This document shows positions 38,958 to 47,272 of a stretch of DNA of 64,000 nt, piece by piece. Both the position numbers and the translations under genes were made by a program. How positions within the stretch are numbered: position 1 is the first letter of the stretch; each line of letters begins with the position of its first letter. The notes under the pieces are model-generated. The model worked only from the letters and a program-made list of their open reading frames with translations, searched no databases and was not told where the DNA came from. Source of the stretch: an uncultured Bacteroidales bacterium (lineage in GTDB: Bacteria; Bacteroidota; Bacteroidia; Bacteroidales; FEN-979); contig CAIRDP010000030.1 of NCBI GenBank assembly GCA_903877385.1, positions 9,974 to 73,973 of the forward strand, written 5' to 3'.

Positions 38958-39257
38958 TTAAAAATCCTCGACCTGGACTTCCTTGGTGGTGATCATCTTC
39001 TTGAGTTCTGCGGCAATCGCAAAGAAGAACCGGTCGTTTGTTTTGAATTCTTCGCTTCCACCGAGCCAGATCGTGTCGAGCAGCTTTGCATTGCTCTTAA
39101 TACCATCGGTGATGGTGTTCACGAACGATACCTCGGTCCGGGTGGGGTAGCGTAAGTAACAGACATGACCGTCCGATTCAAAACGCTTTCCAATCCCGTG
39201 CTTCTTTTTCCACTCGGCCAATTGTTCGGGCGTGGCCTCGCCGATAATTTTAGGCAT
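38958..39257 (-). CDS. tail assembly chaperone (G-like); a possible -1 frameshift extension runs to 38797
   Basis: 99 aa between the tube and tape-measure genes. A T5 run lies at its stop codon, and the -1 frame stays open for 54 more codons (see findings). Confidence 0.6.
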   Translation of the reverse strand: MPKIIGEATPEQLAEWKKKHGIGKRFESDGHVCYLRYPTRTEVSFVNTITDGIKSNAKLLDTIWLGGSEEFKTNDRFFFAIAAELKKMITTKEVQVEDF

Positions 39258-39260
39258 ATG

Positions 39261-39674
39261 TTAGCTGATTTGATTGATTTTGCGCAGGGCGATGAACGGG
39301 AGAGTGATCTCCATGAACTTTGCACCCTGCTTAATGTCCTTTGCGGATTCGGTGAACTGGATCCCGATCATCGAGTCGGTGATCAGGGTATCACCATTGG
39401 AAGGGTTACCGTAAGAGATCACGGCGTCGGTGACCAGGTTCAGGACAGATCCCTGACCGGCAGCCGTGAGGATTTCAAGCTCACTCTGGGTCACTCCGAT
39501 CTCTCCTTCGAAGGCGATATTCCCGGTCTGGATGGAATGGGGATATCGGCCTTTGCCGTACAGGGCTTCACGTTCTGCCTTTTCACTGTACTTGATACTG
39601 CGGATACCGGTGATATCCTTGTTTCCAATGAAGAGCGTGACATCGGCGAATTCGTATTCTTTTGAATTGAACAT
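39261..39674 (-). CDS. tail tube protein
   Basis: 137 aa in the canonical slot of contractile-tail operons, downstream of the sheath gene and directly upstream of the chaperone gene. Confidence 0.65.
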   Translation of the reverse strand: MFNSKEYEFADVTLFIGNKDITGIRSIKYSEKAEREALYGKGRYPHSIQTGNIAFEGEIGVTQSELEILTAAGQGSVLNLVTDAVISYGNPSNGDTLITDSMIGIQFTESAKDIKQGAKFMEITLPFIALRKINQIS

Positions 39675-39692
39675 CGTGAAGGGGTTTAATGG

Positions 39693-40142
39693 TTACTTTT
39701 TCTTGTAGAGGTAGCCCTTGAAGCGCACCGTGCCGGTCGCATAATGCGTCACCGCGAACCTGTAATAAGGCAGGGTGAGCACGGCCGATAGATGCCAAAG
39801 AAACCCGGCGTCAGTATCTGAAAACCGCACACACTTAAAATCGGTTGCCATGGAGGTGGTCGATGCAACACTTCCCGCATAGGTTACCAGCTGAAGGTTG
39901 TTCCAGATGACATTATCAGTGGATCCCTGCAGGTATACACAGGTACTATCGCTGGTCCCGGTGAGGTGATCAACGTATGCCTGGAACGAGCCGTAGGCGA
40001 GATCAGGCATGACGGCTGCAGGGTAATACTTGGTTTGTGCTCCCGAGAGGGTGTCTGCATAGCTGGCCATGACCACACGCTGAGCGGGAACTGATACTGC
40101 GAAGAGCATCACAATTGCAAAAAGGCAGATTAACTTTTTCAT
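39693..40142 (-). CDS. secreted hypothetical protein embedded between the sheath and tube genes
   Basis: Clear signal peptide MKKLICLFAIVMLFAVSVPAQ. The mature part is beta-rich and has no recognisable domain. Confidence 0.6.
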   Translation of the reverse strand: MKKLICLFAIVMLFAVSVPAQRVVMASYADTLSGAQTKYYPAAVMPDLAYGSFQAYVDHLTGTSDSTCVYLQGSTDNVIWNNLQLVTYAGSVASTTSMATDFKCVRFSDTDAGFLWHLSAVLTLPYYRFAVTHYATGTVRFKGYLYKKK

Positions 40143-40167
40143 GATTTAAATGAGGGTTAAATGAATA

Positions 40168-41364
40168 TTAAACAGTAACGGTCTTGAATCCCAGGTACAC
40201 GTCGATATACCTTCCATAACCGAAGGGACGGACGCGGACCTTGATATTGATCCTGGAGGTGCTGACGATGTTCTGCGTGGGATCAATGAAACACTGAACG
40301 CCGCGGTCTTTCGGGTTGGTAACATCGGCCGAAAGTTCACCGTTGGCAGTCATCTGCAGGGCGATGGCGCTTTCAACCAGTCCCTGCCAGCTCTTGATCA
40401 TGGGATACTGCATGGTTCCATCGTCATTGACGGGGATCTCATCGAGCAATTGCTCCAGCAGGGTATTGTAGGCAATGCGGTAGGCTTTATCGATGGTCCT
40501 GCGGGCCGTGAGGCTGCGGTAATCATCGATCACCTTGGTAGCGAGGTAATCATCGCTGTAGAAATACCCGTTCTTTCCAACAAAGGTGCGAAGGGTAATA
40601 TATCCTTTGTCATGGATGCTTTCCACGTCGGCCACTTCAATCGCTTTGTCCTTGATAAAAGCGGTAAGCGATGGAATAGCGCCATCTTTCACTCGGGCCA
40701 GATTACGCTGGACCGGGATGGATGCGATACGCCCCCCCAGAAGGCCCATGCAAGCATTGCCGGAGTCTTTCACCGTATCACCGATGAGTACGCCCACGCG
40801 GTTATATTGCGATAAGGTAAGGTCCGTAAGTGCAGTTGCCGTACCGCTGAAGCTGCGACCTTCGAGGATCACAAACACCGGGGCGAACCGTGAAACCGTG
40901 GCCCACTCGGCCAGTGCCTGAGCAGTCACCAAAGCGGCCTCCACATCGGCATCAATACCGTGGGTGATGACCGGGATATATTCCGTTGCAGGAGTCCGGG
41001 AAACGAGCAATCCACGAACACGGCCATTGCTGGCGGTGATCAGGGTCTTGCCATAGCTCTCTTCCTTATCACACATATCTTCCATGGTGACCGTGTTTGC
41101 ACATCCAAGGATCCAGAGTTCAGTCCCTTCAGGAGCTACTTTATAAAAGTCACTTACGACTCTTACGACGTTGGCATTATTGACTGTGGTAATGCCCAGG
41201 TTGGTTTCCAGGTCCTCAAATTTGCGAAGGATATAGGCCGTGCCCAGGGCAAACTTTTCACTCACTGCAGCACCGGTGATGACCAGGCCCAGAACGCCGT
41301 CAGGGCTCGGTATGACCGATCCAAGGGCGCCGTTTTCAAAGAATATTTTAACGCGTGGTAACAT
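40168..41364 (-). CDS. tail sheath protein
   Basis: 398 aa and the first gene of the tail block, with a typical opening MLPRVKIFFENGALGSVIPSPDGVLGLVITG. The tube gene follows downstream, separated only by the small secreted-protein gene at 39693-40142. Confidence 0.75.
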   Translation of the reverse strand: MLPRVKIFFENGALGSVIPSPDGVLGLVITGAAVSEKFALGTAYILRKFEDLETNLGITTVNNANVVRVVSDFYKVAPEGTELWILGCANTVTMEDMCDKEESYGKTLITASNGRVRGLLVSRTPATEYIPVITHGIDADVEAALVTAQALAEWATVSRFAPVFVILEGRSFSGTATALTDLTLSQYNRVGVLIGDTVKDSGNACMGLLGGRIASIPVQRNLARVKDGAIPSLTAFIKDKAIEVADVESIHDKGYITLRTFVGKNGYFYSDDYLATKVIDDYRSLTARRTIDKAYRIAYNTLLEQLLDEIPVNDDGTMQYPMIKSWQGLVESAIALQMTANGELSADVTNPKDRGVQCFIDPTQNIVSTSRINIKVRVRPFGYGRYIDVYLGFKTVTV

Positions 41365-41775
41365 TTACAGGATCTCCTTTCTTTCAATGGTTGTGACTTC
41401 CTGAGACGTTAAGCTTTCTGCGTGGATCCTGGCATACTGAGGTTCCAGAAAAGCCGTGTTGTCTGAGGTAAAATACAGTGTATCCACCGCATGCTGGGCG
41501 AAGACCTTTTTTGCACGCTCGAGCATGGGACTGAGTCGGCTGTCTTTCTTGGATTTCTTCGGGGCCTTTTCAGGCGCTTTTACTACCGGAGCCTCAGCTG
41601 CCTTTGTTTCAGCAGGTGCTTCACCCTCAGATGGAAGGTTATCAGTTGCCACAGGGGCAGGATCTGCAGGAGGCTTATTCGTTGTTTCGGCTTCAGGATT
41701 AGATCCGGGAGCTGCACTGTTCTTTGCTTTTGCCGTGGAAGTTACTTTCCCTTTGGGCTGCTTTTTTGTTGACAT
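41365..41775 (-). CDS. hypothetical protein with a disordered Lys/Pro/Ala/Glu-rich N-half
   Basis: The start is set at ATG 41775 (MSTKKQPKGK...), 1 nt after the holin stop. The C-terminal 50 aa look ordered. Confidence 0.5.
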   Translation of the reverse strand: MSTKKQPKGKVTSTAKAKNSAAPGSNPEAETTNKPPADPAPVATDNLPSEGEAPAETKAAEAPVVKAPEKAPKKSKKDSRLSPMLERAKKVFAQHAVDTLYFTSDNTAFLEPQYARIHAESLTSQEVTTIERKEIL

Positions 41776-41776
41776 A

Positions 41777-42238
41777 TTATTTATCCTTTTTAGTTCCCAT
41801 TTGATATTTACCCATGGTCTCGATGATCTTTTCAATACCACGAGACCCAAAATAAAACGACATGATCAGCATTCCCCACTGACCTAAAAGTTCTACGTAT
41901 GCAGAGTTAATTTTGAAGGTCGGTACGATAACCCCGTTAATGACTTCCCGGCCCATATTCCCGTCGATCAGCGAAAGCAGTGAATACATCACCAGGATAA
42001 ACACCAGCACCAAGGGGCGGATGTTCTTGGCCAGCCAGGAGTCGGAATTCATATCGATGCGCTGACGCTCGGTAAGTTCATCCTGGGCAGCCTGTTCGGC
42101 CTGCAGCAGAACGTCGGTAAGCTCTTTCTTTGCAGCTTCACGTTCGGCATCGGTGGTGACAAACTTATCGATGATCCCACCGACCTGGCCGATCAGGTTA
42201 CCACCTAAAAGGCTGATGATTTTATCTAAAATTGGCAT
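41777..42238 (-). CDS. 3-TM holin (GTA_holin_3TM / DUF3154-like)
   Basis: MPILDKIISLLGGNLIGQVGGIIDKFVTTDAEREAAKKEL...RIDMNSDSWLAKNIRPLVLVFILVMYSLL fits my recollection of the holin family that pairs with GH108 endolysins. Its start overlaps the endolysin 3' end. Confidence 0.6.
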   Translation of the reverse strand: MPILDKIISLLGGNLIGQVGGIIDKFVTTDAEREAAKKELTDVLLQAEQAAQDELTERQRIDMNSDSWLAKNIRPLVLVFILVMYSLLSLIDGNMGREVINGVIVPTFKINSAYVELLGQWGMLIMSFYFGSRGIEKIIETMGKYQMGTKKDK

Positions 42239-42768
42239 GCTGTTTCGTATATGTGTTTCACACGGTTGATCCATCCTGGGATGTACTTTGCGAACTTTGC
42301 TTTTACTTCTACCAGGTCTTCATAAAACAGATAGCGTCCTTGCTGATATCTCAGGGCGATGTTATCGCGGAAAGTATTAGCTGCTGCAATGGTTTTAGGA
42401 CCGATCAAACCATCCTCTTTACATCCTGAAATATGTTGTAGGATCTTTACCGCCGACCGGGTCCCGGCATTTACAGCATGGTCCAGGACCTGCAGGGCGA
42501 GTTTCTCATCCCTGATGGCATCCAGCTGCAGGGGAGCATAAAACCTTTCCCAGTAGATCTCTTTGGCCAGCTCCGGAGTGAGGGCACGAATATCATCGAT
42601 GTCAATATCCCCATCATGATCCAGGTCCCACTTGATATCACCAAGCGACTTGAGTAACCGAAGCGATACACCCATCTTGGTTGCTCCGCCAGGATCATCC
42701 GGATCGTTGACGAAACCACCCTCGGCCTTGAGGATAAACGGTATTAGTTTATTGAATCGATCGCTCAT
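42226..42768 (-). CDS. endolysin, GH108 lysozyme + PG_binding_3, with an EF-hand-like loop
   Basis: The GH108 N-terminal motif FILKAEGGFVNDPDDPGGATKMGVS and a C-terminal PG_binding_3-like segment (LDHAVNAGTRSAVKILQHISGCKEDGLIGPKTIAA). The DLDHDGDIDIDD loop is encoded at nt 42592-42627. Confidence 0.85.
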   Translation of the reverse strand: MSDRFNKLIPFILKAEGGFVNDPDDPGGATKMGVSLRLLKSLGDIKWDLDHDGDIDIDDIRALTPELAKEIYWERFYAPLQLDAIRDEKLALQVLDHAVNAGTRSAVKILQHISGCKEDGLIGPKTIAAANTFRDNIALRYQQGRYLFYEDLVEVKAKFAKYIPGWINRVKHIYETACQF

Positions 42769-42774
42769 CGCTTA

Positions 42775-43071
42775 TTACTTCTTTACCGGTTCCGAAGGAG
42801 CGGTATAGGGTATGTTAAAATTCTTCATGATCAGATCGAGCTTCCAGTCCACACTGTTGAATTTGAGTTCAACCACATCCATGTCAGCTTTCTCGCGTTC
42901 AACTTTTTCAAACCGGCGTTCACACTCGATCCGCTGCTGATCAAGATTCTTCTGGATGTTCGCAGAGTTCGCCGTGAGTGATCCCCATTGGATCAGGATG
43001 GCAGCCACCACTGAGATCAGCGGTATGAACACCATCCAACGTTTAAGGTTTTTTAAGTCCCGCTCGGTCAT
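42775..43071 (-). CDS. single-TM membrane protein with a coiled coil (lysis accessory/spanin-like), tentative
   Basis: WMVFIPLISVVAAILIQWG TM segment followed by a charged helical region. It sits immediately upstream of the endolysin. Confidence 0.45.
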   Translation of the reverse strand: MTERDLKNLKRWMVFIPLISVVAAILIQWGSLTANSANIQKNLDQQRIECERRFEKVEREKADMDVVELKFNSVDWKLDLIMKNFNIPYTAPSEPVKK

Positions 43072-43108
43072 TCTGAAGATTACTTTAGTGTTGCTGTTTG
43101 AGTAAATA

Positions 43109-43144
43109 GAACCAGGTTACTCCCAGAAAGGTTTCACCTGGTTC
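43109..43144 (-). terminator. hairpin downstream of the major capsid gene
   Basis: gaaccaggt (43109-43117) pairs with acctggttc (43136-43144), a 9-bp stem with an 18-nt loop, about 20 nt after the capsid stop. There is no strong U-tract, so it is more likely an attenuator or processing site than a full terminator. Confidence 0.3.
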
Positions 43145-43163
43145 GCGCTGCACACGGGTTCAG

Positions 43164-44189
43164 TTATGAAGTTGCGTCGGCTGAATAAATAGCTGCGATA
43201 GCGGTTGCACGGAGCGGAAGGGCACAATACCGCATCTGGAAGTTGATCACGTCACCTTTGTTATCAGGATCGGCGTATTTTGCGAACATTTCGGTTGTTC
43301 CCATAGCCTTCATCACTTCATCTTTGTGATAGGCAAAGGAAGAATGCGTATCGGTCTCAGCTGCTACGGCAGCATAGGCTGCTTTAACACCGGTCGACAC
43401 GTTATAAACCGGCGTTGCTGAAGTGCGGTATAGTTTGAATCCGAACAGCATTCCGTTGACCATGGCACTGCGGTACATGGTAAGATCCTCGGCGATCAGA
43501 TCAGCCTCGTGTTTTGGATTAAGCACCAGGATTCGTCCATCGGCAGGAATATCAAGGTCATTAAATTTGACCATCAGAGCAATGACATCCATGAAACTCA
43601 TGGATTTCTTTCCAAGGGCATTGGCCTTGCCGGTTGTGGGTAATACCGGAGTTAAGGTTGCATTCGAAGAGGGTGCCCAGTTCCATGCGGCCAGTTTACA
43701 GGCAGTTTTCAGAAGTTCCTGCTTATGCCCGTAGATCACCGATGACATTTTGTCGTAGGATAACTCCATCGCTTCTACGTTGCGGACAACCGTGGAAGTG
43801 GTATCGAGGGTCTTCAGTGCGAGTTCCTTCGGTACGTCGGTACGGGATGTCACGGCAATGGGATAAGATGTATTATCAATGAGCACGGTAGGATTCGCTC
43901 CAACCTCGGCCAGGTTGATCTTATTGAACTCTACCAGGGAAGACATATCCCTCGCCTCGGAGATGAATGAATTCTCAGGATAAAACTTCTCCAGCAGGAT
44001 ATCGGTCCAGATCTCCTTCTGCAGACCGGCCATGAGGACTGATCCGTTATTAGAGAAGGAAAGTAATGTTCCCCCGACGATCGAGGCTCCGATGGCCAGG
44101 GCGGGTGTGATGGCAAACAACAGCGCTGCAGTCAGTGCGACGAGCGTGTTGAACAACAGGTTCGAAAAATTGAGTTTCTTTGCTTTCAT
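43164..44189 (-). CDS. major capsid protein
   Basis: 341 aa directly after the protease/scaffold gene. LQKEIWTDILLEKFYPENSFI...STVVRNVEAM is typical of HK97-fold capsid families. The N-terminal 45 aa are unusually hydrophobic. Confidence 0.7.
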   Translation of the reverse strand: MKAKKLNFSNLLFNTLVALTAALLFAITPALAIGASIVGGTLLSFSNNGSVLMAGLQKEIWTDILLEKFYPENSFISEARDMSSLVEFNKINLAEVGANPTVLIDNTSYPIAVTSRTDVPKELALKTLDTTSTVVRNVEAMELSYDKMSSVIYGHKQELLKTACKLAAWNWAPSSNATLTPVLPTTGKANALGKKSMSFMDVIALMVKFNDLDIPADGRILVLNPKHEADLIAEDLTMYRSAMVNGMLFGFKLYRTSATPVYNVSTGVKAAYAAVAAETDTHSSFAYHKDEVMKAMGTTEMFAKYADPDNKGDVINFQMRYCALPLRATAIAAIYSADATS

Positions 44190-44194
44190 TGGGG

Positions 44195-45133
44195 TTATGA
44201 GTGTTTGGGTTTATACGCTTTTTTCAGAGCTTCAAATTCCTGAGGCTTTTCAGCGGCAAGTTTCTGAAGGCCCCTGGGATCTTCCTTGCTCCATTTCATG
44301 TAATCCCATGAAGTGCGGTCTTCTGCTTTGGGATCACCGGCAGGTTTTACCTGGGCGGAGAGGACTGTTTTAACCGGCATAGCCGAAATCAGGTCCTTAG
44401 CCTGGGCCAGGTCGCTTTCGGCAAGCTTCAAGAAGGATTCCTTTTTGTCAGCCGTGAGGCGTCCTTCGGTGATGGCGCCTTCCACCAGGGTGGTTGCCTG
44501 GGCGGTGAGGTGAGCCTTCAGGGCATCCTCTGCGGTCTTTTTCTCGGCAGCCAGCTTCATGATAGCGGCGCTCAGAGCCGGGCCTTCAGGCTCGGTACTC
44601 ACGGCTAAAGCTGCTGCAGCCTCGGCCGTTAAAATGATTTTATTCATTGTTTCGGGTTCGTTTTTATTGATTGTTATCTGGTCTATTGCAAGTTTGATGT
44701 CGGCGCCTGTTTCCAGCAGCTTACCGTCGCGGGATGAAAGACGAAGCGAAAGAGCATTGCTGGGAACAGAAACGACGCTTCCTTCCATCAGTTCACTCTT
44801 GGTCACTACAGCGATAAAGCCCAGAGTAGGAACTTCTCTCAGCTCGGCCTCCAGGGGAACGATCCAGGGCGATGCGCCACGGATGAAATTGCGATCTACC
44901 TGTCCCATGATCTTCTTGGCCTCCTCGTCCGCATCATCAAACACGGGATCTGCCAACAGACGGGTTCCTTCAATGCGAACATTATCCCAGCGGCCAATGA
45001 CTTTTTCAGGATCATGTTGGTGCAGCATCACCGGGTTGTCCTTGAACCGGGAAAGGTCGATGCCTGCATTAAGCAATATGAATCCACGATCATTGACTCT
45101 CGTTTCATCATTAAATACAAAGGGTTTAGCCAT
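44195..45133 (-). CDS. prohead protease (S78/HK97-type) fused to a scaffold-like C-terminal domain
   Basis: FVFNDETRVNDRGFILLNAGIDLSRFKDNPVMLHQHD...VIGRWDNV is the S78 protease opening. The C-terminal half is Ala/Lys/Glu-rich helix (AAEKKTAEDALKAHLTAQATTLVEGAI). The start is set at ATG 45133. Confidence 0.75.
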   Translation of the reverse strand: MAKPFVFNDETRVNDRGFILLNAGIDLSRFKDNPVMLHQHDPEKVIGRWDNVRIEGTRLLADPVFDDADEEAKKIMGQVDRNFIRGASPWIVPLEAELREVPTLGFIAVVTKSELMEGSVVSVPSNALSLRLSSRDGKLLETGADIKLAIDQITINKNEPETMNKIILTAEAAAALAVSTEPEGPALSAAIMKLAAEKKTAEDALKAHLTAQATTLVEGAITEGRLTADKKESFLKLAESDLAQAKDLISAMPVKTVLSAQVKPAGDPKAEDRTSWDYMKWSKEDPRGLQKLAAEKPQEFEALKKAYKPKHS

Positions 45134-45232
45134 GTTTTTTAATCTTTTAACTGTACTTTGGGCAGTTACCTGATCGGTTGAGCGGGCAAACATACATTCA
45201 TAGTTTCCCAGAAACAACAAAGCTTCCAAGGG

Positions 45233-45260
45233 TTAGAAGGTTCCTTCTAAGGCTTAGAAG
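45233..45260. promoter_or_regulatory. overlapping 8-bp palindromes in the divergent head-gene promoter region (candidate late-activator site)
   Basis: TTAGAAGG-tt-CCTTCTAA (45233-45250) overlaps CTTCTAAG-g-CTTAGAAG (45244-45260). That gives three TTAGAAG cores in alternating orientation, spaced 10-11 bp apart. Confidence 0.5.
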
Positions 45261-45306
45261 CTTTCTTTACAAAATGACCTTTATCATCCATTTTTGCAGA
45301 AAAACA

Positions 45307-45765
45307 ATGGCCCTTAAAAAGGTTAGATCCCGCAATCCCGAGAAAGAAGAATACGCTTACCTGCTTTTCATGCAGCGAGTTTCTCAGGAGGATATCTGCA
45401 AGCGAGTAGGCGTCACGGCTCCCACCCTTAAATCATGGAAAGACTCAGGCGCCTGGGAAGATAAGCGTGCATCACGCACGATCTCCCTGGATGATCTCAT
45501 GCAGAAAGCCTTGAAACGGGTCAATGAGATCCTTGACAGCAAGGAGCCCTTCAACGCCGATTCCTTTGCAAAGGCTGTCAAGCAGCTTAAAGAGCTCAAG
45601 ACCACCAATACCATCGACGACGATATTTATTGCTTTATGGCCTTTCAGGATTTCCTCATCCAGAAGCGCAGTGAATACGATATCACCGACTCCTTCATCA
45701 AAATGGTGACCAAGTTCCAGGACATCTTCATTCAATTCCGTTTAGGGAATGGCAAACTTTCGTAA
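45307..45765 (+). CDS. terminase small subunit (HTH), tentative
   Basis: MALKKVRSRNPEKEEYAYLLFMQRVSQEDICKRVGVTAPTLKSWKDSGAWEDKR has an N-terminal HTH. It overlaps the start of the large terminase. The start is set at ATG 45307. Confidence 0.6.
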   Translation: MALKKVRSRNPEKEEYAYLLFMQRVSQEDICKRVGVTAPTLKSWKDSGAWEDKRASRTISLDDLMQKALKRVNEILDSKEPFNADSFAKAVKQLKELKTTNTIDDDIYCFMAFQDFLIQKRSEYDITDSFIKMVTKFQDIFIQFRLGNGKLS

Positions 45766-47260
45766 GAACAAAGAACTGCAGCTGCGCTGGCAGAATCGCG
45801 TCCAGTGGATCCTCTCCCAGACATTCCGTATTACGGATTCCCTCGAGGAAAAGCAGAGACGCATAGGCCGTGCAAGGCGCGATTACCAGTTCTTTGTCGA
45901 TACGTATTTTCCTCACCTGGCAACAAAGAAGTGCGGCAAATTCCAGCTGGATGCAGCCTCGTACCTTTTAAAGAATTTCGATACGCGTGCGCTGTTCGAG
46001 TGGGCGCGTGGTCACGCCAAGAGCTCACACCTTTCTCTGATGATTCCCCTGTGGCTCAAGATCCAGGATCCCCGCCAGCTGAACGTGATGATCCTGGTAA
46101 GCAAGTCAGAGGATATGGCCGTCCGGCTGCTGGCCGACCTGCAGGCTGAATTACAATACAACCAGGCATTCAAGGAAGACTTCGGAGAACAAGTTTCTAA
46201 AGGATCCTGGGCAGATGGTGAATTTCATACTACCGATGGCTGTTTGTTTGTAGCCCTGGGACGCGGACAAAGCCCCAGGGGACTGAAGGATCGTGGTAAG
46301 CGCCCGGATTATATCGTCATCGATGATATTGATGATGATGAGATGATCCGTAATCCACGCCGCGTGGGTGAATCCCTGGACTGGTGCCTTACTGCCCTAT
46401 CCGGTACCATGGCCATGGGCCGCGGCCGGTTCGTAATGGTTGGTAATCGCATTGGCAAGGACAGCGTGCTGAGCCGCTACGCTGAAAGACCGGGTGTGCA
46501 TCATGTGATTGTCAATACCCTGGATAAAAAAGGACTTCCTTCCTGGGGAGAGAACTACACCTTGGATGAGATACGCAAAATGCGTGAGTTCGTGGGTGAA
46601 CGCCGCTTCCAGAAGGAGTACATGAATAATCCTATTACCGAGGGGACCGTCTTTAAGGAAAAGGATATCCGATACGGCGCCATGCTGGATCTGAAAGCAT
46701 ATAAAACTCTCATTTGTTACACGGATCCATCATTCAAGAATTCTGCCACTGCGGACTTCAAGGCAACGATATTACTGGGGAAAACGCCACAGGGGTATTA
46801 TCATGTGCTCAAAGCATTTGCTGATCAGTGCACGGTAACAACGATGGTATCCTGGCATTATCAGGTCATGTCCTTCGTCGATGGCAGGGTTCCGGTCCTG
46901 TATTATATGGAAAGTAATTTCCTGCAGGAGCTGCTGCTCGATGAGTTCAAAAAAGTAGGGATCATTGCATCGCATCAGATCCCTATCCGAGGTGACTTGC
47001 GAAAGAAGCCCGATAAGTTTGCACGTATTGAAGCTCTGCAGCCCTTGTTTGAGCGAGGTATGTTTATCTTCAATGAAAAGGAAAAGGAGTCACCTGGCAT
47101 GATGGTCCTGAAGGATCAGCTGCTGATGTTCGAACGCGGCAGCCGTGCACATGATGATGCTCCGGATGCTCTCGAGGGTGGTACCTGGATCCTGTCACAA
47201 CGTACCCGGTCATCGGATGCAAGGTATGTTTCCGGAGCAAGAGAAAATCGACACTATTAA
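45749..47260 (+). CDS. terminase large subunit
   Basis: 503 aa. The ATPase half carries a Walker B-like PDYIVIDDIDDDE. The C-terminal RNaseH-like nuclease carries the hallmark GSRAHDDAPDALEG. Confidence 0.82.
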   Translation: MANFRKNKELQLRWQNRVQWILSQTFRITDSLEEKQRRIGRARRDYQFFVDTYFPHLATKKCGKFQLDAASYLLKNFDTRALFEWARGHAKSSHLSLMIPLWLKIQDPRQLNVMILVSKSEDMAVRLLADLQAELQYNQAFKEDFGEQVSKGSWADGEFHTTDGCLFVALGRGQSPRGLKDRGKRPDYIVIDDIDDDEMIRNPRRVGESLDWCLTALSGTMAMGRGRFVMVGNRIGKDSVLSRYAERPGVHHVIVNTLDKKGLPSWGENYTLDEIRKMREFVGERRFQKEYMNNPITEGTVFKEKDIRYGAMLDLKAYKTLICYTDPSFKNSATADFKATILLGKTPQGYYHVLKAFADQCTVTTMVSWHYQVMSFVDGRVPVLYYMESNFLQELLLDEFKKVGIIASHQIPIRGDLRKKPDKFARIEALQPLFERGMFIFNEKEKESPGMMVLKDQLLMFERGSRAHDDAPDALEGGTWILSQRTRSSDARYVSGARENRHY

Positions 47261-47272
47261 TCCACTGCACAT

